Source: Candidatus Multivorans sp. (lineage in GTDB: Bacteria; Acidobacteriota; Thermoanaerobaculia; Multivoradales; Multivoraceae). Taken from it: 64,000 nucleotides of DNA. Shown piece by piece: positions 1 to 8,559 of the stretch (position 1 is the stretch's first letter; every line of letters begins with the position of its first letter). The stretch is from NCBI GenBank assembly GCA_965247095.1, contig OZ251997.1, positions 608,001 through 672,000 on the forward strand, read 5' to 3'. A program made the translations under genes and the position numbers. The notes below the pieces were generated by a model. The model was not told the DNA's origin, searched no databases, and was given only the letters and a program-made list of their open reading frames with translations.

Positions 1-423
1 GAGTTCTCCGACTGGCCGACGATCCCCCAGCTCTACGTCGGCGGCGAGTTCATGGGGGGCTGCGACATCGTCAAGGAGATGTACGACAGCGGCGAGCTCC
101 ACGATGCACTGGGAATGGAGCGTCCCGCGCTGACGGCCGATCAGGTCAAGATCAAGCTAGGCGCCGATGCGGAACAGATCCTGCGCGACGCTCAGCAGCA
201 GCAGCAGGCGGAGCTCCACTTCGGCATCGACGCGAAGTTCCAGCCCTTCCTCGGCTTCGGCCCGCCGACGGGATCGGAGCTCCGGGTTCCGGTCGGGGAT
301 CTGTACTTCCTGCTCGATCAGGACAGCGCGGCGCGGGCCCAGGGCGCCTCGATCACCGTCGTAGACAGCGAGCACGGCCAGCGCCTCGATGTCGACATCC
401 CGGCTGCCCGCACCGCCGGCTGA
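1..423 (+). CDS. grxD: Monothiol glutaredoxin (Grx4/GrxD family) with a C-terminal degenerate HesB/IscA-like domain; 5' truncated by the window
   Basis: Frame 1 reads [27 protein letters not shown], containing the WPTIPQL and GGCD Grx4 signatures. It is followed by a roughly 95-aa extension, and bolA lies directly downstream. Confidence 0.85.
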   Translation, partial: EFSDWPTIPQLYVGGEFMGGCDIVKEMYDSGELHDALGMERPALTADQVKIKLGADAEQILRDAQQQQQAELHFGIDAKFQPFLGFGPPTGSELRVPVGDLYFLLDQDSAARAQGASITVVDSEHGQRLDVDIPAARTAG

Positions 424-456
424 TCGTTTCGGCGTCTGAACGGAACGTCGACTGGA

Positions 457-708
457 ATGGAGATCCCACAGGAGACGGCGGAACGCATTCGGGAGGCGGT
501 GGCGGCGGCGCTGCCGGGCGCCCGGATCGAGGTGATGGGCGAGGGCAGCCACTTCAGCCTGCGGGTGGAGTCCGCCGCTTTCGCCGGCCAGGGCCGGCTG
601 GCCCGTCAGCGGCTTGTATTGCGGGCTGTCGCCCCGCTGATGAAGGGCGACGGCGCGCCCGTCCATGCGATCGACCGGCTCGAGACGGTGCTGCCGGCCG
701 CGGAGTAG
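457..708 (+). CDS. bolA: BolA/IbaG family protein
   Basis: 83 aa with GEGSHFSLRVESAAFAG..RLARQRLV..VHAI BolA motifs; adjacent to Grx4. Confidence 0.9.
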   Translation: MEIPQETAERIREAVAAALPGARIEVMGEGSHFSLRVESAAFAGQGRLARQRLVLRAVAPLMKGDGAPVHAIDRLETVLPAAE

Positions 709-725
709 CGCGGCAGAAAGATCTG

Positions 726-772
726 ACCTGGGAACGCGGGCATCCTGCCCGCATCCGGCGCGAAGCGCCGGC
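726..772 (+). repeat. REP-like palindromic repeat, family A copy 1
   Basis: ACCTGGGAAC-GCGGGCATCCTGCCCGC-ATCCGGCGCGAAGCGCCGGC; 46/47 identical to the reverse complement of 8480-8526. Confidence 0.9.
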
Positions 773-887
773 CTCCGGTCGTCCAGCCGCGGCAGCCGTC
801 CCGATTTGAACCGGCTCGGCCCGGCGTGGTACATTCGCGGAAGATTCTGAACCGCCAACCAGCAACCCTGGACCCGGGAGGACGCTC

Positions 888-2240
888 GTGATCTCTAACC
901 TCGTGATTCCCAACCGTTGGCGCTTCTGCGCTCTTGTCGCCGTGCTGCTTGTCGCTGCCGCTCCGGCTTTCGCCGCCGGCCTCAACGAGGTCGACCGCGC
1001 GAAGGACGAGGTCACGTTCCATGAGGATGTCGAGCCGATCCTGCAGCGGTCCTGCCAGGGCTGCCACCGGCCCGAGGGCGTTGCCTACGGCGGCATGATC
1101 GCGCCGATGGCGCTGACCACCTTCGAGGAGGCCCGGCCCTGGGCCCGGAGCATCGCCCGCCAGGTGGAGGCGAAGCGGATGCCGCCCTGGTTCGCGAGCG
1201 AGGAGACCCACGGCCAGTTCACGAACGAGCGCGTCCTGAGCGAGGAAGAGGTCGACACCATCGTCCGCTGGGCCAGCACCGGCGCCCGCCGCGGCGATCC
1301 GGCGAAGGCGCCGGCGCCGGTCGAGTGGCCGACCGGATGGCTGATCGGCGAACCGGACCTGGTGCTCGATCTGGCCGAGCCGTTCTGGGTCGACGACAAC
1401 GTGAAGGATGTGAACATCAGCCTCAAGGCCGAGATGATCACCAAGGAGATGCTGCCCGAGCCGCGCTGGATCAAGGCGATCGAGTTTCGCGCCGGCAGCG
1501 ACGTGGTTCACCACGTCGTCGGTTCCCGGATTGCCGTCGAGACCGAGACGCCCGGCGCCTCGGGCCTGATCGGGGGCATCGCACCCGGCACCGAGCCCTT
1601 CCAGCTTCCCGACGGGGCCGGCCGCCTGCTGATGCCGGGCACGCAGCTCTACTTCTCGATGCACTACAACAAGGAGCCGGGTGTGGACACCGGCGTCTGG
1701 GATCGCTCTCAGATGGCTTTCAAGTTCCACCCCAAGGACGCCAAGATCGACCGCGTCGCCAAGTGGGAAGGCGTCGGCAACAGCGACTTCGAGATCCCGC
1801 CGGGCCACGAGAACTGGGTGATCGGCGCCTCCAAGGTCTTCGAGTACCCGACCACGATCTACGGCTACCTGCCGCACTCCCATCTGCGTGGTCTGGACGC
1901 GAAGTACACCGCCTACTATCCCGACGGCACTGAGGAGGCCCTGCTCGATGTTCCGGCCTACGACTGGAACTGGCAGGCGAACTACACCTACAAGGAGCCC
2001 AAGCAGATTCCGGCCGGCACCCGCATCGACGTGCTGATGACCTACGTCAACACCGAGGAGCGGAACGAGGCCACTGTCCTGGAGCTCGACACCACCCGCG
2101 CCATCCGCTTCGGCGGCCCGACCACCGACGAGATGATGATCGGTTTCATCGACTACTCGGAGGATCGAGGCGACCAGCAGGTCACCGAGGCTGAGGACGC
2201 CCCGGCCACTGCGACGCCGGCTGCCGGCGCCGGCCAGTAG
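888..2240 (+). CDS. Secreted c-type cytochrome fused to a copper type II (PHM/DBH-like) monooxygenase-like domain
   Basis: GGAGG RBS, signal peptide, CQGCH heme motif and RMPPW; then HHVV, MHY, PHSHLRG and DEMM, matching the order of PHM copper ligands. Confidence 0.75.
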   Translation: MISNLVIPNRWRFCALVAVLLVAAAPAFAAGLNEVDRAKDEVTFHEDVEPILQRSCQGCHRPEGVAYGGMIAPMALTTFEEARPWARSIARQVEAKRMPPWFASEETHGQFTNERVLSEEEVDTIVRWASTGARRGDPAKAPAPVEWPTGWLIGEPDLVLDLAEPFWVDDNVKDVNISLKAEMITKEMLPEPRWIKAIEFRAGSDVVHHVVGSRIAVETETPGASGLIGGIAPGTEPFQLPDGAGRLLMPGTQLYFSMHYNKEPGVDTGVWDRSQMAFKFHPKDAKIDRVAKWEGVGNSDFEIPPGHENWVIGASKVFEYPTTIYGYLPHSHLRGLDAKYTAYYPDGTEEALLDVPAYDWNWQANYTYKEPKQIPAGTRIDVLMTYVNTEERNEATVLELDTTRAIRFGGPTTDEMMIGFIDYSEDRGDQQVTEAEDAPATATPAAGAGQ

Positions 2241-2245
2241 CGCGC

Positions 2246-2269
2246 GCGGGCGTCTCGCCCGCATCCGAG
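2246..2269 (+). repeat. REP-like repeat, family A variant
   Basis: GCGGGCGTCTCGCCCGC hairpin plus ATCCGAG; 2247-2269 is identical (23/23) to the reverse complement of 17836-17858. Confidence 0.8.
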
Positions 2270-2275
2270 GACTTG

Positions 2276-3268
2276 ATGGCACTCCGGTCCGCGATGACCA
2301 CTGAAGGACTCTGCGGCACCGTCGATCTTGGGGGTTCCCACATCGGGCTGGCGCTGGGGTCCGTCGACCTGGCGGCGGGCGAGTACCACTTGGTCGCGCG
2401 GAGGAACCTCGAAGGCGGCGGCTATGACGGGTGGCGCCCGGTGCTTGACCGGATCGCCGAAGGCCTCCTCGAACTGGAGCGCGAGGTGGGCGAACGCCCT
2501 TCCGCGGTCGGCGTCGGTTGCCCGGGCTGGGTCGACGTGGAGGCGGGCGAGACGCGATTCCTGCCCAACCTGCCGACCCAATGGCGGAACGTGCCGGTCG
2601 CGCGGATTCTCGGCGACCGGCTGGGGACGCGCGTCCATCTGCTCAACGATGTGCGCGCGGCAACGCTGGGCGAGTTCACGCTCGGCGCCGGTCGCGGCGC
2701 CTCGACGATGGCGCTGTTTGCGCTCGGCACCGGAATCGGCGGCGGCGTCGTGGTCGACGGCCGGTTGCGGCTGGGGCCTCTCGGTTCAGCCGGAGAACTC
2801 GGTCACCAGACCGTCGACCCCAACGGACCGCTGTGCGGCTGTGGCAACCGGGGTTGCCTGGAAGCGGTGGCGAGCGGTCCGGCGATCGCCGCGGCGGGTG
2901 TCCGGCTCCTGCGCTCCGGTCAGGCGCCGCTGCTGTTCGAAGGGACCGAAGGCGACGCCGGGCGCGTGACGGCCGAAACGATGGGCGAGGCGGCAAGGGC
3001 CGGCGACGAGGCAGTGCTGCGGGAGCTGGAGCGGATCGCCGGCCTGATCGGCGTCGCCGCCGCCAATGTCGTCGTGGCGCTCCATCCGGAACTCGTGCTG
3101 CTCGGCGGCGGCGTTGCCGGCCTCGGCGACGTGCTGTTCGACGGCGTCCGCCGGGAGCTAGCCGAGCGCGTGCGCGTGTTTCCGATCGACGACGTACGCG
3201 TCGAGCCCACGGCGCTCGGCGCCGACTCGGGTCTCGCCGGCGCGCTGGTGTGGGCCGCCTCTGCTTGA
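2276..3268 (+). CDS. ROK family sugar kinase (glucokinase-like)
   Basis: VDLGGS, LNDVRAATLGE, LGTGIGGG and GELGH..CGCGNRGCLE motifs; start uncertain (2273, 2276 or 2294). Confidence 0.88.
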   Translation: MALRSAMTTEGLCGTVDLGGSHIGLALGSVDLAAGEYHLVARRNLEGGGYDGWRPVLDRIAEGLLELEREVGERPSAVGVGCPGWVDVEAGETRFLPNLPTQWRNVPVARILGDRLGTRVHLLNDVRAATLGEFTLGAGRGASTMALFALGTGIGGGVVVDGRLRLGPLGSAGELGHQTVDPNGPLCGCGNRGCLEAVASGPAIAAAGVRLLRSGQAPLLFEGTEGDAGRVTAETMGEAARAGDEAVLRELERIAGLIGVAAANVVVALHPELVLLGGGVAGLGDVLFDGVRRELAERVRVFPIDDVRVEPTALGADSGLAGALVWAASA

Positions 3269-3325
3269 GGAAGCCGGTAGCCCTGCGCCCCGGTCAGCCA
3301 TCGTCCTGGCCTTTGCGCTCGGTGG

Positions 3326-3618
3326 TCAGACGCGCCGGCGCCATGTCCTCGGATCCCGGGATTGGTGCAGAACGGCGTTTCGATCCAGTGGGGAAGGACC
3401 CGGTAGAAGACCGAGAACGGGAACTTCCGCACCGGTGCGCGACGAACCGTTGGCTCCACGGCCTGGTACAGGTCAGGTCGCTCCGAAATGCGGCCAAAGG
3501 CGGTGTCGACCTCTTCTTCGAACGACGCCAACACGTGCGGAGCCTCGTCGAGATACCAGCGTTCGGCGAGCGCCAGATCCTGCACTGCGGCAGACGTCAG
3601 GCGGACAGCAAGGTTCAC
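3326..3618 (-). pseudogene. RelE/ParE family toxin, frameshifted
   Basis: GTG overlaps the antitoxin stop. The frame reads VNLAVRLTSAAVQDL..RRAPVRKFPFSVFYRV, but the typical C-terminus AVLHQSRDPRTWRRRV* lies in another frame after about 3377. The 293-nt span is not a multiple of 3. Confidence 0.8.
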
Positions 3619-3845
3619 GCCCTGTCGGCGAAGATTCGCCGGCGGACCGCTTCCCAAGGCACCGAACGCTCCTCCGGCGGGATGTCCTCCAGAGCCGCCA
3701 GGCGGTTACGAATCAGGTCCCGCTGCCACTCGGGGACCGGAATCTCGCCGGGCGTCAGACTGTCCCAGAGCTCGACCACGAGTTCGATGCGCTCCCGCGC
3801 CGGAAGGTTGAGCGCCTCTTTCTGGATCTGGGACTTGGCCAGCAT
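3615..3845 (-). CDS. Addiction-module antitoxin (TIGR02574-like)
   Basis: 76 aa, EALNLPARERIELVVELWDSL..VPEWQ..VPWEAV; directly upstream of the ParE-like gene. Confidence 0.85.
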   Translation of the reverse strand: MLAKSQIQKEALNLPARERIELVVELWDSLTPGEIPVPEWQRDLIRNRLAALEDIPPEERSVPWEAVRRRIFADRA

Positions 3846-3878
3846 GGCTTGAGCATATCGGTTTGGAGTTGCCCCGGT

Positions 3879-3997
3879 TTCCCCTTCGGACATACCCGCC
3901 GCCAGGTAGTCCAGCACGTCGGACACCGTCACCCGCAGTCGCACCACACAGGATCCCGCACCTCGCCGCCGAGCCAGGGGGCGATCACGTTGTAGTC
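3879..3997 (-). pseudogene. DUF433 family (antitoxin-like) remnant
   Basis: RRGAGSCVVRLRVTVSDVLDYLAAGMSEGE resembles the DUF433 core. There is no clean start or C-terminus. Confidence 0.6.
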
Positions 3998-4012
3998 GGG
4001 ACCCGCACTCGT

Positions 4013-6646
4013 TCATGCGGCTGGCCGGTTCTCGGTTCGGGCTGCAGTGGCGGTAGCGGTGGCCACATGTCGTCGTCGACGTCGCAGGAGGAGCTCGGCC
4101 AGGAACAGTAGCGTGGCCGCGGTGGCAAGGGCGGACCAAAGCTCGAAGCGGCGGGTCGCGCTGGAGGCGCCGGGGGCGGCAATCGCGGCGACGGCGCCGC
4201 CTACGGTCTCGTGGAACAGGCCGCCGGTGGCGGTGGCGAGTTCGGCGAGGGCGGCAAGGTCGGGGGCGCCGGGGCGCAGCTCGTCGCGGGCGGGGAAGAA
4301 GATGGTGCGGCCGGGTCCGACGCTCGCCTCGGCGCCCGGTGCTCCGGTGTGGACCTCGACGCGGTAGGGCTCGATGCTTGGCGCGAGTTGCAGGCCCTCT
4401 TCGGGCGACAGACGGTAGAGACCGGGACCGGTGCGCTGCATCGGCGCTTCGAGGCGGCGCTCGCCGCGGAGCACGACGAGCCGGGGGGAGAGGTCGCTGG
4501 CGAAGCGCCCGCCGTCCTCGATCACGCTGAGTTCCGCTTCGAGGACCTCATCCCGGCGGTCGAGGCGCATTTCCCACTCGGCGCTGGCGCGCCGGTCGGC
4601 GGCGTCGCGGACGACCTGGGCGACGAGGCGGGGCAGCTCGGGCCAGCGCAGCCAGTCGCTCGCCCAGCGGGGCTGGAGGTCGGAGGTGAACATCCAGGTC
4701 TTGCCCAGGCCGACGTAGCGGCTGGCCAGGATCGGGTCGCCTCCGTCACGGGTCTCCGCGCCGGCGCCGAGGATGACCTCCGCGCTGTCCTTGGCCACCG
4801 CGGCAATGCGGCCGTAGAGCTGAGGCGCTGTGGCAATGTCGACACCGCTAAGCGCTTCGGACTGGCCGCGCTGCTCGACCCGGATCTCCTCTTCCCGGGT
4901 CGAGTCGGGGAGTTGACTCATCGTCTCGTCGATCAGGATGCTCTGCACGGACGAGGGATCCTCGATCGTGTAGGCGTTGCCGTCGCCCCAGTCGGCGATG
5001 TCCGCGAGCAGCTCGCGGTCGGACTCAACGCCGATGGCGACGGTGGAGACGGTGATCTCTTCCTGCCGCATGCGGCGCACCAGGCGCTCGTACTCGTCCG
5101 GGTAGGTGCGGCCGTCCGAGACCAGGATCACGTGTTTGACCTCGGACTGAACCTCCGAGAGCTGATCCAGGCAGGCCTCGAGCGCGGGATAAAAATTGGT
5201 CTGGGCGCTGGCCTCGATGCGGTCGACGCGGTCCGCGAGCCGCCCCTGTTCGCGCACGAACTGTAGGGGGACGATCTCGTGGGTGTGCCAGTCGAAGGCG
5301 ACCAGACCGAAGCGGTGTTGCTCGTTCAGCATGCCGAGAGCGGCCTTGGCGGCCTCCTTGGCCAGCTTCATCTTCGGACCCTTCATGCTGTAGGACTTGT
5401 CGAGCGCGATCATCAGTGCGACCTCGCTGCGCTCCTCCTCGATCTCGAAGTCGAGCGGCAGCACGCGTTCGAGCGGTGAGTCCCGGTATCCCTCCTCGCC
5501 GAAGGTCGCCTCGCCGGCCACGAACACCAGGCCGCCGCCCTCGTCCTCGACCCACTCGCCGAGCGCCTGTTGGGCCGGTCCGGGAAGGCTGTCGGCCGCG
5601 ACGTTGCTCAACAGGACTGTGTCGTACCGAAGAAGGGCGCCCGGGTTCAGCGAGGTGCGGTTCGGCGCCCTTCGGGTCACCTGCAGTCCCTGAGCCTCGA
5701 GCAGTCGCTCCAGATCGCCCGAGTGGTCGGCTGGCGCCAGTAGCAGGGTGCGGTGCTTGGGCTCTACGCGGAGACTGCCGCGCCAGACGGCGCCCTGGCT
5801 CGTAGCTTCACCTCCGCCGCTCCCCAGCACGGCCTCGAACGTCTGGAGTCCCGGCTCGGCGAAGGTCCACTCCAGCTCGATCTGCGTGACCCCGGGGGCG
5901 AGCGGGACGGTGTGCAGCTCTTCGGCGCCGCCACCGCGCAGGGTCAGAGGGGCCTCGGGCAGGGACGCGCGGCTGCCGAGGCGGAAGATCCAGTTGTGGG
6001 GCTCCCCGGCGCGCAACGGGCGCTCGTCGTCGTCTGTTTCGACCGACTCGATCCACACCGGTGGCGCCACCCGGTCGAGAACCGCGGTGTCGATGCGGAG
6101 CTCCGGATACTGGGCCGCGGTCCGGGCAGCGATGCCGCCCGCGTTCTGGCCGTCCGAAAGGAGCAGAATGCGGCGGACGCGATCGGCGCGGAGCGCGGCC
6201 GCGGTCTGGCGAAGAGCGGCCTCCGGCCGCGTGCTGCCGCGGTCGAGGGCGGCGTTGCCGGCCGAAGCGGTGCTGGAGTCGGCGACTTCCAGGCGCCGCA
6301 GGTCCTCCGCGCCGCTGGCGGCCGCTGCGCGGTCGGCGAACGCGAACAGCCGCACCGGACCGTCCGGACCCACGCCGCGGTCGATCGCCTGAAGCGCGCG
6401 GTTCAGGCTCGCCGGCGCCACGCTGGCGGAGACATCCACCAGCACGGCGACATCGAGATCACGGCTCCTCCACGTAGCGACCGGTTCCGCGAGCGCCAGC
6501 ACGACCAGCGCCAGCAGCGATCCACGCACCCAGAGCAGTCGCCGTCGCTGACGGTCGGGCCGATCGCTGCGCTGCGACCACAGCAGCACCGCGAGCGGCA
6601 ACGCCGCGAGCAACCAGAACGGCTCGAGCAAGGTCACACCATTCAC
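4013..6646 (-). CDS. Membrane-anchored dual vWA-domain protein with a GATase1-like domain
   Basis: GTG start overlapping the upstream stop; N-terminal LLEPFWLLA TM segment; MIDAS motifs DVSAS and DKSYS, LLSDG and VSDG; GGGLVFVAGE..GY..SPLERVLP. Confidence 0.82.
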   Translation of the reverse strand: MNGVTLLEPFWLLAALPLAVLLWSQRSDRPDRQRRRLLWVRGSLLALVVLALAEPVATWRSRDLDVAVLVDVSASVAPASLNRALQAIDRGVGPDGPVRLFAFADRAAAASGAEDLRRLEVADSSTASAGNAALDRGSTRPEAALRQTAAALRADRVRRILLLSDGQNAGGIAARTAAQYPELRIDTAVLDRVAPPVWIESVETDDDERPLRAGEPHNWIFRLGSRASLPEAPLTLRGGGAEELHTVPLAPGVTQIELEWTFAEPGLQTFEAVLGSGGGEATSQGAVWRGSLRVEPKHRTLLLAPADHSGDLERLLEAQGLQVTRRAPNRTSLNPGALLRYDTVLLSNVAADSLPGPAQQALGEWVEDEGGGLVFVAGEATFGEEGYRDSPLERVLPLDFEIEEERSEVALMIALDKSYSMKGPKMKLAKEAAKAALGMLNEQHRFGLVAFDWHTHEIVPLQFVREQGRLADRVDRIEASAQTNFYPALEACLDQLSEVQSEVKHVILVSDGRTYPDEYERLVRRMRQEEITVSTVAIGVESDRELLADIADWGDGNAYTIEDPSSVQSILIDETMSQLPDSTREEEIRVEQRGQSEALSGVDIATAPQLYGRIAAVAKDSAEVILGAGAETRDGGDPILASRYVGLGKTWMFTSDLQPRWASDWLRWPELPRLVAQVVRDAADRRASAEWEMRLDRRDEVLEAELSVIEDGGRFASDLSPRLVVLRGERRLEAPMQRTGPGLYRLSPEEGLQLAPSIEPYRVEVHTGAPGAEASVGPGRTIFFPARDELRPGAPDLAALAELATATGGLFHETVGGAVAAIAAPGASSATRRFELWSALATAATLLFLAELLLRRRRRHVATATATAARTENRPAA

Positions 6647-8463
6647 ACCGTGAGTCCTCGGAAGAAGGTGACCGCCTCGATGGAGGCGAGGAGGAGGCCG
6701 GCCAGAGCGAGGGTGCGCCAGGACCAGGGCCGGTGGGTGTCTTCGGTGAGTTCGACAAGACGATCGGGGGCGACGGGGTCGAGGTCGGAGTCGTTGATCC
6801 GGGTAGCCCATTCTTCCTGGAGATTGATGGCGTCCTGGAGGCCGGTGGTGGACGGTTCGTCGGCGCTGATGTCGCCGAGGGCGAGCCACTCGGTGGTGTT
6901 CTGGAGCAGTGCGGCGAGGTCGGGGCGTTGCGACAGGGGGGAGAGGTCGAGATCGAAGGCGATGACGACGGAGCGGGCGGTGAGGTCCGGCAGCGCGGGA
7001 TCGGATACGGAGGAGATGGGCAACGCGGCAGGGTCGGCCGGATCGCAGACGGCGATTGCGGTCAGGTTGCCGGCCGCGGCGAGGAGTATGCAGCGGGGGT
7101 CGAGTTCGCGCGCCGGGATCATGGCCGGCAGGCCGAGCAGCGAGACGCCGGCCAGGATCGGGTGGTCGACTGCGACGCGGTCGATCAGGCGCAGGGCTCG
7201 GGGTAGGGCCTCGGCGGGCGAGAGTCCGCCGGCCGCCGAGGCTTCCGGTGGGTCGAGGAACAGAAGGGGCAGGGCCGGGAGGCTCGCCGGCGCGGTGCGG
7301 TGGAAGACGGCGATGTCGGCGGCAACCGGTGTGCTCGCGGCGTCCTCCTCGACGGATGTGGCTGCAGGTGACTGCGCGTCGGCTTCGCCGGCCGTCTCGT
7401 CGGTTTCTGCCTGTACGGCGACCACCTCGACCGAAGGGTCCGCCTCGAAAGCTCGTGCCGCGGCCGAATCGCCGAAGGAGGCTCGACTGCGGGTGTGAAC
7501 GAACAGGCGCCGTTCGCTGTCGAGCCGCCTATGGCGTTGCTCGGCAGTCCGCACCGCCTCGGCGGCCGCGGTGCTGCGTGCGTCGATCAGGGTCGCCCGG
7601 TCGTCCAGCGGGAAGACGTCGCCGGGGGTCTGGAGGCGCGCCGTCACCGGGCCGGGGGCGAAGCCGCTGATGTCGATCAGGGCGGTGAAGCGGTTGCCGG
7701 GAGGCAGTTCGAGTTGCCGCCGGATGCGAATCGTCTGGGCATCGGCGATCGTCAGTTCGACCGGCACGGGACCTATGGCGTCGGCGGAGTCCGTCGCCAG
7801 CACTTCGAGCAGTGCCTCCGGCTTCGCTTCGTGGCTGGGCGCCGGGCGGGTCACGAAGAGGACGATGCCGGCGTTCCTTGCCGGGGCGAGGACGGACACT
7901 GTGTGGATCGCGGTGGCGGGGTCCGTGATCGGCCTCCAGTCAGAGACACCGTCGGTGAAGAGGTAGACCATGTCCGCGGCGGGGATCGCCGGTTCGGGGT
8001 CGCCTTCCTCGCCCTCGGGCTCGAAGGACCCGGACAGGGCGAGCAGGGCCTCCGCGGGCGTGAGCGGAGTCGGGTCGGCGCCCAGCGTGAAGCGGCTGCC
8101 GGTGTCGGCTTCGGCTATGACCCGGCGCGCTTCGGCCACGGCCAGTTCCATCCGGGTCCCCGTCCCGCCCGGCAGGGCGGCGCGCATGGTGGGCGAGGAG
8201 TCGAAGGCGAGGGCAATCAGATCGCCGCCGCCGGGTTGCAGCCAGGGGGTCTGGCCCGCGGCCAGCGCCAGGCAGCCGGCCACGGTCATCGCCAGAAGCA
8301 GCGAGATCAGCCAGCGCAGGCGGTCGCGCCGTCGCCGCCGGGCCGCCAGCAGCCGCCGCCAAAGCAACGTGGAGGCGACCGAGAGGCTCTGTGCCGTGGG
8401 CCGGATCAGGTAGATCGCGAGCACCGCCAGAGCGGCGAGCAGAAGTGGAAGCCAGACAGGCAT
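6643..8463 (-). CDS. BatA-like (aerotolerance regulator N-terminal)/vWA membrane protein
   Basis: YLIRP..VASTLLW N-terminal motif, DSSPTM and FTDG MIDAS-like motifs, C-terminal TM helix. Confidence 0.75.
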   Translation of the reverse strand: MPVWLPLLLAALAVLAIYLIRPTAQSLSVASTLLWRRLLAARRRRRDRLRWLISLLLAMTVAGCLALAAGQTPWLQPGGGDLIALAFDSSPTMRAALPGGTGTRMELAVAEARRVIAEADTGSRFTLGADPTPLTPAEALLALSGSFEPEGEEGDPEPAIPAADMVYLFTDGVSDWRPITDPATAIHTVSVLAPARNAGIVLFVTRPAPSHEAKPEALLEVLATDSADAIGPVPVELTIADAQTIRIRRQLELPPGNRFTALIDISGFAPGPVTARLQTPGDVFPLDDRATLIDARSTAAAEAVRTAEQRHRRLDSERRLFVHTRSRASFGDSAAARAFEADPSVEVVAVQAETDETAGEADAQSPAATSVEEDAASTPVAADIAVFHRTAPASLPALPLLFLDPPEASAAGGLSPAEALPRALRLIDRVAVDHPILAGVSLLGLPAMIPARELDPRCILLAAAGNLTAIAVCDPADPAALPISSVSDPALPDLTARSVVIAFDLDLSPLSQRPDLAALLQNTTEWLALGDISADEPSTTGLQDAINLQEEWATRINDSDLDPVAPDRLVELTEDTHRPWSWRTLALAGLLLASIEAVTFFRGLTV

Positions 8464-8479
8464 GGCTAGGGCCCACCGA

Positions 8480-8526
8480 GCCGGCGCTGCGCGCCGGATG
8501 CGGGCAGGATGCCCGCGTTCCCAGGT
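8480..8526 (-). repeat. REP-like palindromic repeat, family A copy 2
   Basis: Near-identical to 726-772; lies inside the MoxR operon between DUF58 and the BatA-like gene. Confidence 0.9.
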
Positions 8527-8559
8527 TCGGAGTTGTGAGTCGTTGGGCCGAGCAAGACT

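Noticed and set aside
606-2282. Long antisense or alternative-frame ORFs (for example 606-2282, 13116-15197, 18338-20923, 47410-50022, 52323-54935)
   Set aside because: These are shadow ORFs of high-GC genes: they overlap well-supported CDSs and have no recognisable motifs.
7480-7530. Imperfect hairpin inside the BatA-like gene as another inserted element
   Set aside because: It is a single copy, has no similarity to family A or B, and is plausible by chance.
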